Shown here: positions 43,568 to 53,785 of the stretch, piece after piece | How the letters are laid out: each line of letters opens with the position of its first letter | Position numbering within the stretch: position 1 is the first letter of the stretch | NCBI GenBank assembly: GCA_964409335.1 | Contig: CAYPCW010000004.1 | Coordinates: 12,745 to 76,744 of the forward strand | DNA length: 64,000 nucleotides | Direction: 5' to 3' | From: an uncultured bacterium | GTDB lineage: Bacteria > Fidelibacterota > Marinisomatia > SCGC-AAA003-L08 > JACNLC01 | The notes under the pieces: generated by a model | The model's input: the letters and a program-made list of their open reading frames with translations, nothing else | The model's database searches: none | Told to the model about the DNA's origin: nothing | Translations under genes and position numbers: made by a program

Positions 43568-44342
43568 AAAAATTTGGGAACACACACCGGCGATCCTCTC
43601 CAGGGTGTTCATCCTGGGCATTACCGTCATGTCCATTCTGGCAATTCGGAATTACTCGGTTGCATGCAAGCTTTTCCTGCATGAAAATACGTTGATAACC
43701 GGGAACGGATATATTCCGACAGATCTTCTACTGGAGATTGCCGATGTGGAATCAGAAAAGCCCCTTCTTGCCATGGATTTGAAAATGGTTGCAACCCGTT
43801 TGTCCGGATATCCGTTTATAAAGTGTGAAAAGATCAGCCGGATTTTCCCGTCCACCATCCGGATAGATATCGTCGAAAGGACACCCTTCGTCCGGGTAAA
43901 ATGTTCGGATGTGTTTGCGATTATTGATCGGGATGGCAACATCCTCCCCGCCGACCCGATTGTTGACAGATCCTTTGTACTCCCCACCATAACAGGTGAA
44001 ACAGAGAAGGCAACCCTTGCTGACTTTTCATCCGTGGAAAACCGTCCATGGATACACTGCCGGACGCAATTATTGTTTTCCATCGAAAATCAGTTGCCAG
44101 ACCTCATTACGGCCAGCCGGTTAATCGAATTCGATGGCGATCAAATCACGTTTCAACATCCATCGGGCAACACACGGATCAGGTTGGATATGACCGATTG
44201 TGAATATCAGACTGATAAACTGGTCTCTTTTTATCATACGATCGAAAAACTCCGGCATTTGACGGACTATAAAATTATAGACCTTCGAACCCCCGGTCAG
44301 GTTATTGTGGTTGAGAATACCAACGGAAGAATTTCATCATGA
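43560..44342 (+). CDS. ftsQ: Cell division protein FtsQ/DivIB
   Basis: TM helix, POTRA-like domain (SRIFPSTIRIDIVER) and C-terminal IDLR; directly before ftsA. Confidence 0.85.
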   Translation: MLRKIWEHTPAILSRVFILGITVMSILAIRNYSVACKLFLHENTLITGNGYIPTDLLLEIADVESEKPLLAMDLKMVATRLSGYPFIKCEKISRIFPSTIRIDIVERTPFVRVKCSDVFAIIDRDGNILPADPIVDRSFVLPTITGETEKATLADFSSVENRPWIHCRTQLLFSIENQLPDLITASRLIEFDGDQITFQHPSGNTRIRLDMTDCEYQTDKLVSFYHTIEKLRHLTDYKIIDLRTPGQVIVVENTNGRISS

Positions 44343-45595
44343 AAGACGAGAATAAACGTATCATCACGGGTATAGATGTAGGTACCACTAAAATCTGTGT
44401 GGTCATCGCTGCGTATACCGAGGGACAGCCATTTGAAATTCTCGGAGTTGGTCATTCTCACACCTCCGGTTTGAAGAAGGGTGTCGTCATTAATATTAAC
44501 GATACGGTAGAATCCATCAAAAGTGCATTGAAACAAGCAGAAAATCAGGCAGGGATTGAAATCGAGTCCGCCTGGGTTGGGATATCCGGCGAGCATATCC
44601 GGGGGATCAACAATACCGGTGTGATCACGGTGAGTAAAAATACCAGCCGGAATCCATTCGATCATGAAATCACCGAATCGGATAAACAACGGGTCCTGGA
44701 ACATGCCAAGGGCATCACGCTGCCTTCAGAACGAAGGATACTGCATACTCTGTCACAGGAATATAAAGTAGATAACCGAAGTGAAATCCGGGACCCTGTA
44801 GGGATGACCGGCAACCGACTGGAAGCAAAAGTCCACCTGATCCACAGCGAAGTCGCAGCAGAAAAAAACCTCACCGTATGTTTTGAAAAAGCGGAGATTG
44901 ACATCATCGATTTTGTTCTGTCACCCCTGGCGTCGTCCTATGCTGTGTTAGACCCCAATGAGAAAAATTTAGGGGTTGTCATGCTGGATATTGGCGGTGG
45001 AACGACCGATGTTTTGGTATTTTTTAATGGAGGTTTATATCATACGGGGATCATCCCAATTGGCGGAGATGCCATTACCTCTGACATCGCCCACGGGGCG
45101 ATGACCACTATTGAGCAGGCGGAAAAATTGAAATGTGAACACGGGATATCCAAGGAAGCCCTTGCAGACGGAGATTCCCAGATCACGGTACCGGGAATTC
45201 GCGGACGGGATACAAAAACAATCAGCGCCCGTCAGCTGGCATCCTTCATCGAACCGCGGCTGAAAGAGATCATGATGTTTGCCTCATCCGAAATTCGAAA
45301 AAGTAATCATCACGGGATATTTACTTTCGGGATTGTCATTACCGGGGGTACCGCAAAGATGAAAAATATTGAGGACCTGGCTCAGGATATTTTCCATCAC
45401 GCTGTGAAAGTCGGGATGCCGTCTCTAACCGGCGGGATTGCCGATACGATTCAGGATCCTACCTATTCTGCAGCTGTGGGGATGATCTACCGGGCAATAG
45501 AAACTGCCGGACAATTTGAAGGCAGTGAAGGGTTTACTGTTGGGTTAAAACCGGTCTCAAATTGGGTAAAAAAATTATTTAGTAAATTGTATTAA
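44339..45595 (+). CDS. ftsA: Cell division protein FtsA
   Basis: GIDVGTTKI, DIGGGTTD, ITGGTA, C-terminal amphipathic helix WVKKLF. Confidence 0.98.
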   Translation: MKDENKRIITGIDVGTTKICVVIAAYTEGQPFEILGVGHSHTSGLKKGVVININDTVESIKSALKQAENQAGIEIESAWVGISGEHIRGINNTGVITVSKNTSRNPFDHEITESDKQRVLEHAKGITLPSERRILHTLSQEYKVDNRSEIRDPVGMTGNRLEAKVHLIHSEVAAEKNLTVCFEKAEIDIIDFVLSPLASSYAVLDPNEKNLGVVMLDIGGGTTDVLVFFNGGLYHTGIIPIGGDAITSDIAHGAMTTIEQAEKLKCEHGISKEALADGDSQITVPGIRGRDTKTISARQLASFIEPRLKEIMMFASSEIRKSNHHGIFTFGIVITGGTAKMKNIEDLAQDIFHHAVKVGMPSLTGGIADTIQDPTYSAAVGMIYRAIETAGQFEGSEGFTVGLKPVSNWVKKLFSKLY

Positions 45596-45615
45596 CTAAC
45601 AATAAAGGGGTTATT

Positions 45616-46824
45616 ATGTTATTTGAACCAATCGATCTGAAAGACCAGAAGGCACGAATTGCAGTTGTCGGTGTGGGCGGCGGCGGCGGAAATGCACTCA
45701 ACAGAATGATCGAGGATAATTTATCCGGCGTTGAATTTATCGCCATTAATACCGATGCCCAAGACCTGGAAGCCAACAATTCACAACTTAAAATACAGAT
45801 CGGAAAAGAACTAACGAAAGGTCTGGGTGCAGGTGCGAATGCAGAGATCGGGAAACAGGCTGCAAATGAAAGTAATGCTGCGATTTCTGAAAAATTGCAG
45901 GGCATGGATATGGTGTTCATCACTGCCGGTATGGGTGGCGGAACCGGAACCGGGGCTGCCCCGATTATCGCCCGCCTCGCCAAGGATTGTGGTGCATTGA
46001 CCGTAGGCGTCGTAACCAAACCATTCGGGTTCGAAGGTCCCAAGCGAACCAAACGGGCGGATGATGGGATCCGTGAACTCAAAAAATGTTGTGATACACT
46101 ACTGGTCATCCCCAACGAAACGCTACTCTCCATCGCGGATATGAAAACGACGGTGAAGCAATCCTTCAAACTTGCCGACAGCATCCTCAATCAGGCAACA
46201 AAGGGGATCTCAGACCTGATCAATGTGCCGGGATTGATCAATCTGGATTTTGCCGACGTACGCACGGTCATGGAAAATATGGGTGATGCCATCATGGGTA
46301 CCGGTATTGCGCAGGGTGAAGAACGGGCAATCCTTGCGGCTCAACAGGCTATACACTCACCTTTACTGCAGGACGTCCACATCCATGGTGCGAGAGGATT
46401 GCTGGTCAATATCTCCGGTCCGGAAGACATGACTATTCACGAACTAAATGATGCTTCCGCGATCATCTATGAAGAAGCCGGAGATGAAGCCAATATCATA
46501 CTGGGGTGCGTCATGGATAATGGTCTTATGGATGAAATCCGGGTAACGGTCATCGCCACCGGACTGAATTCTGAGGGTATACATGAACAGGATGACCCTT
46601 TTTATATGCCCCACATTGAACAGAGATCAACCGGAGCGCGTGAACTTCGATCAAGAGATGATGATTCTGAAATTTTCAGTTCCTTTCCGGTACATGTAAA
46701 AAAACAAATGGAAAATGACCCGGATCGTACAAAAACCATCAAACACGGGGAAGAACAGCCCATTCAGGTATTCGGTGACGATTTGGATGTTCCGGCATTT
46801 ATTCGAAACCGAAGATCTTACTGA
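45616..46824 (+). CDS. ftsZ: Cell division protein FtsZ
   Basis: GVGGGGGNA, GGGTGTG, NLDFADV, C-terminal DLDVPAFIR. Confidence 0.99.
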   Translation: MLFEPIDLKDQKARIAVVGVGGGGGNALNRMIEDNLSGVEFIAINTDAQDLEANNSQLKIQIGKELTKGLGAGANAEIGKQAANESNAAISEKLQGMDMVFITAGMGGGTGTGAAPIIARLAKDCGALTVGVVTKPFGFEGPKRTKRADDGIRELKKCCDTLLVIPNETLLSIADMKTTVKQSFKLADSILNQATKGISDLINVPGLINLDFADVRTVMENMGDAIMGTGIAQGEERAILAAQQAIHSPLLQDVHIHGARGLLVNISGPEDMTIHELNDASAIIYEEAGDEANIILGCVMDNGLMDEIRVTVIATGLNSEGIHEQDDPFYMPHIEQRSTGARELRSRDDDSEIFSSFPVHVKKQMENDPDRTKTIKHGEEQPIQVFGDDLDVPAFIRNRRSY

Positions 46825-46852
46825 TCGGCAAATAATAATTCCTTTATAAAAT

Positions 46853-46890
46853 AAAAAACCCCGTCACTAAGTCGGGACGGGGTTTAATAA
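46853..46890. terminator. Probably bidirectional terminator between convergent ftsZ and rpmB
   Basis: AAACCCCGTC...GACGGGGTTT 10-bp stem with an A-run on the left and T-rich sequence on the right. Confidence 0.85.
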
Positions 46891-46906
46891 TTTTTTATTT
46901 GTGTTA

Positions 46907-47098
46907 TTACACCGCTTTTTGGACTCTACCGGATCTGATACAAGTTGTGCATACTTTTAATTTTTTAGCGGCGCCATTCACCAGGACACGGATGGGCTGT
47001 AAATTGGGCAACCACCTGTGTTTTGTCCGGTTATGAGCATGACTTACGGTATACTCGGTGACCGGTCCTTTTCCACAAACTTCACATACTCTTGCCAT
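46907..47098 (-). CDS. rpmB: 50S ribosomal protein L28 (Zn-ribbon, C+ form)
   Basis: [10 protein letters not shown]...VSHAHNRTK...WLPNLQ...VCTTCIRS. Confidence 0.98.
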   Translation of the reverse strand: MARVCEVCGKGPVTEYTVSHAHNRTKHRWLPNLQPIRVLVNGAAKKLKVCTTCIRSGRVQKAV

Positions 47099-47353
47099 AA
47101 CTACTATTTCCTATTGTTTTTTAAGCGTGAAAATTTAAGACGGCAGCAAAGACAATAAGTATCATTATTCGTTGTCGAAAGATGATTTAATCTGATTTTA
47201 TGGCGAACTATGTTTTTGGATAGGTTCCACCACCCGAGTATATTGAAGCGATCCGATTCCGAAGTTAACGAGCGGGCTAATATTTCTCATCCATAGGTTT
47301 CTAAATAATTGATGACTACGGCCAAAGGTAAGTGAAAACGATGCGGAGATGAA

Positions 47354-48502
47354 TTATTTGGGCAACTCAATCATGAAAATCGTCTCACCGGGTTTAGAGG
47401 ATACCAATATGATCCTACCCCTGTGGATGTCTTCGATGATACGCCGGGTGAGGCTGAGTCCCAACCCCCATCCCCGTTTTTTTGTACTGAACCCTGGACG
47501 AAAAACAAGACTTCGATGTTTCCGGTTGATCCCGCAGCCTGTATCGGTCATCCGGATCATCCCCTTATCGGCCGATTCCGATACCTGAATGGTAATGCGA
47601 CCGGCAAGATCCCGTATGGCGTCCAGCGCATTTTTTACCAGATTTTCCAGCGCCCATGATAATAAAGTATCTTCACCGGGGACAGAAATATTCTCTCCTT
47701 CAACCAATATTTGAATGTGTGAAATGGTGGGGACCCTCACCTGTATATACTCAGCTGTTTTTTGTGACAGGTGAAGTAAGGAGACAGATTTGAATTTCGA
47801 ATGTGATCCGATTTTTTGAAATCGATTGGATATCTGGCTTAAATGGGAGAGGTCATCGTGAATGTATGGAATGATCTCATTTGGTTTTTCACCATCTTCC
47901 AGCAATTTCACCCACCCCATGAGTGACGAAACAGGGGTCCCCAACTGATGGGCGGTTTCTCTGGCCATCCCCATCCAAATAGATCGTTTTTCACTGTTTC
48001 GCATGAATTGAAATCCGAAAAATCCCATCAGAATGAACACCATCATCAGGCCGATTTCAAGGTAAGGTACCCATCTCAATTTACCGACGATTGCGGGGTC
48101 CCCATAATGGATCCGGCTGATTTCTATACCGTTCCCCATCACAAGTAAAGGCGTGAAAGAATCATCCATCCGTTGAATAATATCCTGAATTTTTGCCCGA
48201 TATTCCTGGGATCCTTCGACCTCTTCAATCCGAAGATTTTTCAAAGCGTAGATTTCATTGTTCGACATGATCACCATGGGGAAGCTGATGGACGGCATGA
48301 GAATCTCCAGCACGTACTGGATGTTTTTCGGTTCCAGATTGTTGATGGCGTCAGAGTACGCTCTGGCAAGATATTCCACCTGCTCCCGCGCATCATCCCG
48401 GATATTTTTCACCATGTACCAATTCAAACCAAAGACAGTGAATACGATCACGAATCCAAATATGAAAAATCCTAATTTAATGTGCAGGGCGTATTTAAAC
48501 AT
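47354..48502 (-). CDS. Orphan sensor histidine kinase
   Basis: Two TM helices; H-box ETAHQLGTP; N-box ENLVKNALDA; G-boxes DTGCGI and GWGLGLSL. Confidence 0.93.
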   Translation of the reverse strand: MFKYALHIKLGFFIFGFVIVFTVFGLNWYMVKNIRDDAREQVEYLARAYSDAINNLEPKNIQYVLEILMPSISFPMVIMSNNEIYALKNLRIEEVEGSQEYRAKIQDIIQRMDDSFTPLLVMGNGIEISRIHYGDPAIVGKLRWVPYLEIGLMMVFILMGFFGFQFMRNSEKRSIWMGMARETAHQLGTPVSSLMGWVKLLEDGEKPNEIIPYIHDDLSHLSQISNRFQKIGSHSKFKSVSLLHLSQKTAEYIQVRVPTISHIQILVEGENISVPGEDTLLSWALENLVKNALDAIRDLAGRITIQVSESADKGMIRMTDTGCGINRKHRSLVFRPGFSTKKRGWGLGLSLTRRIIEDIHRGRIILVSSKPGETIFMIELPK

Positions 48503-48516
48503 CGTATGTCAGATAT

Positions 48517-50865
48517 TTAAGGCGATAAAATTTGGGAAGATTTTCGTTTTTGCATCCATACCCCGATTACGATGACACCGGCAATGAGCAGGAAGCTGAT
48601 GTGGGAGATCAGATTTCCAATACGGATATCCTCCGGCTGAAAGGACATGGTAACCGTGTGGTTGCCAGCTGGAACAGATATCCCACGTAATATGGCATTG
48701 GTTTCATATACTTTTATGGGATCCCCGTCGATAGATGCTGTCCACCCTTTGGGATAATAAATCTCACTAAAAATTAGAAACTGGTCTGTTTGGGAAACTG
48801 TATTCAGTTCAATATAGTCAGGCGTATATGTTACTATATCCACTCTGCCCCCGGCGGTAAATGAGGTTTCATCCACGGTAGAGGAAACAAAGGCATCAGT
48901 AACAGGATCAAAGTTGGGTTTTTTTAATTCGGTCATTTGAACGTTTGGGTCCTCAATCATCCGGATAGATCTTGCAAAAAATACCCGTTGAAGTTGTCCG
49001 GAATATTCATATACATATGCAGGAATGTACTGCCCCTGAATGTAGTAATTCCCTTTAAACGCCTCTTTGAAATCCGGGTGACTAATCTGTTGCAAATGGA
49101 CGAGGTATTTGACATTTAACATCCGTAGTAGTGCGGCGGATTCGAATCCAACCTTTGTGATCACATCATTATAAATGGCTAGTTTTGCAGGATGATATCC
49201 CATGACACTTTCGATGTGAAATGCCGACCACCGGTTTTCATTCATTAAATATTGCAGAGGAAGAATCCGAAACTGTGAATGGTCCTTTTCGAGAAATTTG
49301 ATCACGTCATCCTCCCGCAAATAAGATCTGATATACCGGGAAGTCTGATAAGGAGCACTACGCCCGGAATCCGGTGCAGGGTCTATGATTTTTCTGTCAA
49401 CCATGATCAGATCTAAAATAGCGATCAAGGCGATAATTGTCGATGCAATCGGAGGTTTTACCCATTTTTTCATGGTGATATAGAGAATGCCCAGGGTCAG
49501 CCCTGTGAGAACGATCAGGGTGAAAATATCTGTCCGGATCATGGGTTTAACATGATCAGGTACAGCAAACCATGACAGTAATCCTTTCCCTATGATGAGC
49601 AAAATCACCGAAATACCCACCCAGATATAGACGGAATACCGGAATTCCTTGTAGAATCTCGATTCTGCAAGTTTCTGCTGCAGGGAATGGAATCCGAGAG
49701 CCGATAATCCGGCGACACTGAATTGTGTCAACACTAAAAACATCACAGGAACTCTGAATTTGTTGAAGTAAGGAAAATGATCGTAGAATAGTTGATATAA
49801 GAAAAGATGTTTACCGAAGGATAACAGCAGTGAAATTAGTATGGTGAAGAGGAGAACGTATTTAAAATTATTCCGGTTAAAAAACGCACCATACACAGCA
49901 AATAACAGAATGAGAATTCCCATATAATTGGGATAATCGGTATGAGGCATGGTTCCCCAATAGGTTCCCCCGCCAAACCCGAAAAATGATGGCACCAGAA
50001 ATGTCATCATTTCGGGGAAACTGAACGACCATTGTGTGGCATATTCGAATGCAGCCCCTCCCCCGTCGGCGCCCCGGATGGAAAACGGGGTATATTGTGA
50101 CACGGGATAGTAGATGCTCATCGAGAGTCCCCCTGCGACCAGCATTGAAAAAGCCGTGTAACCGATAAATTTCAACCGGGTGAAATCCTTTGCCCGAATC
50201 AGTTGAATACCCCTGAAAATCAGATATATTCCGAGCATCAGCCAGGTATAATAGGCGATTTGGACGTGTCCCCGAAGTAGTTGCAAGCCCATCAACAGGG
50301 ACAGAATACCGCTAGCGAGCAGAGTCGGGTTTTCATCAAGTTTCAGCAATCCCCAGAATATCCATGGAATGTATGCAGCCGTCATCATCTGACTGCCATG
50401 CCCGAACACCAACATGGTGATCATGTACGGCGTGATCATAAATGCGACGGCACCAAGAAACGCGGAGAGTTGATCGAGCTTCAGTCGTTTGAGCAGAAGG
50501 AATCCGCCGAACCCCGCAAAGACATAGTGAATAAAAAACACCCATATCCAGGGCATTCCCAGAGTTTTCAGCCATAGAAAAGCCTGATGAGGGAAATAAT
50601 ATCTTGAAATATATTGGAATGAATGCACGGAAGGAAGTCCGCTGAACATCCAGGGCAGCCAGAGGGGATATTCTCCGTTTTGCGCTTTCGCCAATTCCAT
50701 CCCCTGTGCCACCGCTTTGGGGGACAGAGAATCACCTGATATAAATTCATGACTCCCATCAGCCATTTTATCGAAAAGACCAATAATAAGGACAAAGAAT
50801 AAAGCTATAGCAACGAGGTTTTCTTTTTGTGATTGTATCACCGAGTATAAATTTTTCATTCGCAT
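48517..50865 (-). CDS. YfhO-family GT-C membrane glycosyltransferase
   Basis: PLWLPWMFSGLP, many TM helices, YWGTMP, FNKFRVP, GYHPAKL, C-terminal SEIYYPKGWTASIDG...VPAGNHTV. Confidence 0.85.
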   Translation of the reverse strand: MRMKNLYSVIQSQKENLVAIALFFVLIIGLFDKMADGSHEFISGDSLSPKAVAQGMELAKAQNGEYPLWLPWMFSGLPSVHSFQYISRYYFPHQAFLWLKTLGMPWIWVFFIHYVFAGFGGFLLLKRLKLDQLSAFLGAVAFMITPYMITMLVFGHGSQMMTAAYIPWIFWGLLKLDENPTLLASGILSLLMGLQLLRGHVQIAYYTWLMLGIYLIFRGIQLIRAKDFTRLKFIGYTAFSMLVAGGLSMSIYYPVSQYTPFSIRGADGGGAAFEYATQWSFSFPEMMTFLVPSFFGFGGGTYWGTMPHTDYPNYMGILILLFAVYGAFFNRNNFKYVLLFTILISLLLSFGKHLFLYQLFYDHFPYFNKFRVPVMFLVLTQFSVAGLSALGFHSLQQKLAESRFYKEFRYSVYIWVGISVILLIIGKGLLSWFAVPDHVKPMIRTDIFTLIVLTGLTLGILYITMKKWVKPPIASTIIALIAILDLIMVDRKIIDPAPDSGRSAPYQTSRYIRSYLREDDVIKFLEKDHSQFRILPLQYLMNENRWSAFHIESVMGYHPAKLAIYNDVITKVGFESAALLRMLNVKYLVHLQQISHPDFKEAFKGNYYIQGQYIPAYVYEYSGQLQRVFFARSIRMIEDPNVQMTELKKPNFDPVTDAFVSSTVDETSFTAGGRVDIVTYTPDYIELNTVSQTDQFLIFSEIYYPKGWTASIDGDPIKVYETNAILRGISVPAGNHTVTMSFQPEDIRIGNLISHISFLLIAGVIVIGVWMQKRKSSQILSP

Positions 50866-50872
50866 TCTATGA

Positions 50873-51709
50873 TTATTGCCTGAATTTCGTGGAGTTAAAA
50901 TACTGTTTAGAGATTTGATAAACCAAGCAGACGAAAGAAATAAGTGTGATGAAATATCCTTTATGTCTTCGGATGAGTTTCAGCAGCGCCCATAATTTTC
51001 GGGTGTTTTTCAAAAACGACCGATTCCCGCCGATACTGGCAGACACCTTGTGATAGATTTTAGATTTGGCGATCATATAACAGGATACCCCCTGATTTGC
51101 GGCGCGCAGGCACAGATCCACATCCTCGGAATACATTCCAAAAGATTCGTCGAAACCGCCCAGTTTATGAAACACATCTGCATGGATCATCAGGGCACAC
51201 CCGGAAACAAAATCCGTATGTGTATTTTGCTTAAAACGCCCGTTATCGATTTCACGAATCCCTATATGGCTCACGTTCGCCACGGTAAGGTTTGCCACGC
51301 CCCCCGCAAACCAGATTCGATCGGGATGGTCCGCATACAAAATTTTCGGTGAAAAAATATGATCTCCGCCAAATTCAGCGATACCTGCGACAAGTTTGTC
51401 CAGAAATTCCGGCTCAACCAGAGTGTCGTTATTCAGAAATAAAGCATATCCTGATTTTTCAGGTTGGGGGAAAACCACTTCAAACCCGCGATTATTACCA
51501 CCAGCATATCTATAATTCCGGTGAAGTTTGATGAGGTTAATGTCCGGAAATTCAGACTCCAGAAATTCAACCGAACCGTCTGTAGAACCGTTATCCACCA
51601 CGGAAACTGAGAAACGGGGATAGGTGACTTTTTTCAGCGAGTGTAAACAATCGGACGTAAGTGATTTACCATTCCAGTTTAGCACAATGATGGAGATGTG
51701 GGGAGTCAT
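50873..51709 (-). CDS. GT2 glycosyltransferase (WbbL/rhamnosyltransferase-like)
   Basis: IIVLNWNG, VDNGSTDGS, LNNDT, GFDESFGMYSEDVD. Confidence 0.9.
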   Translation of the reverse strand: MTPHISIIVLNWNGKSLTSDCLHSLKKVTYPRFSVSVVDNGSTDGSVEFLESEFPDINLIKLHRNYRYAGGNNRGFEVVFPQPEKSGYALFLNNDTLVEPEFLDKLVAGIAEFGGDHIFSPKILYADHPDRIWFAGGVANLTVANVSHIGIREIDNGRFKQNTHTDFVSGCALMIHADVFHKLGGFDESFGMYSEDVDLCLRAANQGVSCYMIAKSKIYHKVSASIGGNRSFLKNTRKLWALLKLIRRHKGYFITLISFVCLVYQISKQYFNSTKFRQ

Positions 51710-52836
51710 TTTTCAGCACATAACGATTCTACGGCTGTTACCATATTCTTCCAGGAAAATCGTTTTTTTTCCTCCTGAATATTCGGCGCCATGGAGGCAA
51801 ATGACCCCTCCATAAATCCGACGGATAAAACACGAGCCAGTTCCAGTGAATCCCCGGGGGTTGTAATAAACCCTGTTTTTCCCTCGATCACCACTTCCGG
51901 GAGTCCCCCAACCCGGGTCGCCACCACCGGTTTATTGAAGTGGTAGGCGATGGGGATGATACCGCTTTGTGTGGCAGAATGATAGGGAAGCGCGACCACA
52001 TCGGCTGCAGAAAAATACAATTTTACTTGATCATCGGGAATGTACTGATTCTCCCATCTGAACACATCGTCGATCTCAAATTTTTGGATCAATTTCTGAT
52101 ATTTCTCCACACTTTCATAGGATTCACCGACGGCGATCACCTGAAAGTCAGTCATCTTTGTTTTTAGTATTCCCGTCGCTTCGATGAGGGTATCCAACCC
52201 TTTGTAGGCTCGCACATACCCAAAGTAGAGGATGACCTTTCGGGCGGCGATGTTCAGGGTTTTCCGTGCCTCCGCCATCGGGACAGGGTCTCCGAATACA
52301 TGATAAACCGGGTGAAATATTTTTCGATATTTGGGGACGGATACCATAGTTTTCAGATCAGATTCCACGGATGATGACATCACGATAAACGAACGCACTT
52401 TTTTAAAAAAATACCGGACCAGAAGCGTGTCAAACCAATGGGATTCGTGAGGAAGGATATTATCACATATCGCCATAATGTGGATTTGGGGTACTCGTTT
52501 GAGAATATAACCGGCGATAAATCCTGAAAGGGGTGCGAAAAAAGGATGCCAAAACCGGATGAGAAGCAGGTCGGGGGATTGTCGAATGATCGCTTTCGCT
52601 GTTTTTACCCAAGTCAGTGGATTGATAGAATCCACCATTCGGATCATTGGAATGCGGACAGCAGAAGTCCCGGTTTCGTACTGAGTCTTACCTGGAAAAA
52701 GAAAATCAGGGTACTGCCGGGTGAAATTATATACGGTGACATCGTGTGAGGGTTTCAAATACTGATATAAAATGGCTGAATTTAGAGATATTCCACCACG
52801 GTACGGCGGGGTTACACTAATCAGTGCAATCTTCAT
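51706..52836 (-). CDS. GT4 glycosyltransferase
   Basis: PPYRGGI, FGYVRAYKGLD, LPYHSATQSG, VGGLPEV. Confidence 0.9.
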   Translation of the reverse strand: MKIALISVTPPYRGGISLNSAILYQYLKPSHDVTVYNFTRQYPDFLFPGKTQYETGTSAVRIPMIRMVDSINPLTWVKTAKAIIRQSPDLLLIRFWHPFFAPLSGFIAGYILKRVPQIHIMAICDNILPHESHWFDTLLVRYFFKKVRSFIVMSSSVESDLKTMVSVPKYRKIFHPVYHVFGDPVPMAEARKTLNIAARKVILYFGYVRAYKGLDTLIEATGILKTKMTDFQVIAVGESYESVEKYQKLIQKFEIDDVFRWENQYIPDDQVKLYFSAADVVALPYHSATQSGIIPIAYHFNKPVVATRVGGLPEVVIEGKTGFITTPGDSLELARVLSVGFMEGSFASMAPNIQEEKKRFSWKNMVTAVESLCAEK

Positions 52837-53785
52837 CCCGGGTCGATCCTGATATGATCTTTTTAATTTTTTGTTCTTTTACCCGTTGTGATTTCACGAT
52901 CATTTCACCCAGCAGCCCCAGCGATATAAATTGAATACCCACAACCATCAATAATACACTTAAAAACAGGATAGGACGATTTCCGATCCATATCCCCTGG
53001 AACCAACCAATCGTTAACCAGGCGTTAATACCCAGACCGATGAGGGTAAAGATCATACCGATAAACCCAAAAAAATGAAGCGGCCTGTTAAAGTATTTCC
53101 CCATGAACAGTACGGTCATGAGATCGAAGAACCCATGGAAATATCGTGCACCACCATACTTTGTCTCCCCGTGTTTTCTCGGTCGATGGTTGACGACAAT
53201 TTCAGTAACGGAAAATCCCTTCTGTTTTGCGATCGCCGGAATGTATCGGTGCAGCCCCCCATACAATTCAATGGATTTCACGACCTGTGCACGGTAGGCT
53301 TTTAATCCACAATTGAAATCATGGATATGGATCCCCGTGAATATCCGGGTGACCAGGTTGAAAAATTTTGATGGCAGTTTTTTTGATAACGGGTCGTTTC
53401 TGTATTTTTTCCAGCCGGAAACCACATCCCAGCCTTCCCGTAACCTTGAAACGAGGGCGGTAATCTCATTGGGATCGTCCTGCAAATCAGCATCCATGGT
53501 GATTACAAAATCCCCGCGGGTTGCCTGAAATCCGGCTGACAGGGCATCGGCTTTTCCGTAATTGCGATAGAACTGGATCAGCTTTACATTTTGATCCTTG
53601 TCCACAATAGATTTGATCACTGCAGCTGAATCATCGGCGCTACCATCGTCAATAAATAAGATTTCGTATTCAGAGAAGTCTGTTACGTTTTTTCGAATTT
53701 CATCGTATAGCTGCGGGATTGATTTACCTTCATTCAATACCGGGATGACGACACTGATGATGTCCTGTGGATCATTCATGACCAA
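52817..53785 (-). CDS. Polyprenol-phosphate glycosyltransferase (GT2; DPM1/GtrB/ArnC-like) with two C-terminal TM helices
   Basis: VVIPVLNE, IDDGS, RNYGK, MDADLQDDP, HDFNCGLKAY, LGLLGEM. Confidence 0.92.
   Translation of the reverse strand: MVMNDPQDIISVVIPVLNEGKSIPQLYDEIRKNVTDFSEYEILFIDDGSADDSAAVIKSIVDKDQNVKLIQFYRNYGKADALSAGFQATRGDFVITMDADLQDDPNEITALVSRLREGWDVVSGWKKYRNDPLSKKLPSKFFNLVTRIFTGIHIHDFNCGLKAYRAQVVKSIELYGGLHRYIPAIAKQKGFSVTEIVVNHRPRKHGETKYGGARYFHGFFDLMTVLFMGKYFNRPLHFFGFIGMIFTLIGLGINAWLTIGWFQGIWIGNRPILFLSVLLMVVGIQFISLGLLGEMIVKSQRVKEQKIKKIISGSTRDEDCTD

Noticed and set aside
45579-46190. 203-aa ORF antisense to ftsZ
   Set aside because: Typical antisense shadow of a conserved Gly/Ala-rich gene.
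30287-46824. Absence of ddl from the dcw cluster
   Set aside because: ddl is often encoded elsewhere; the cluster is otherwise canonical.
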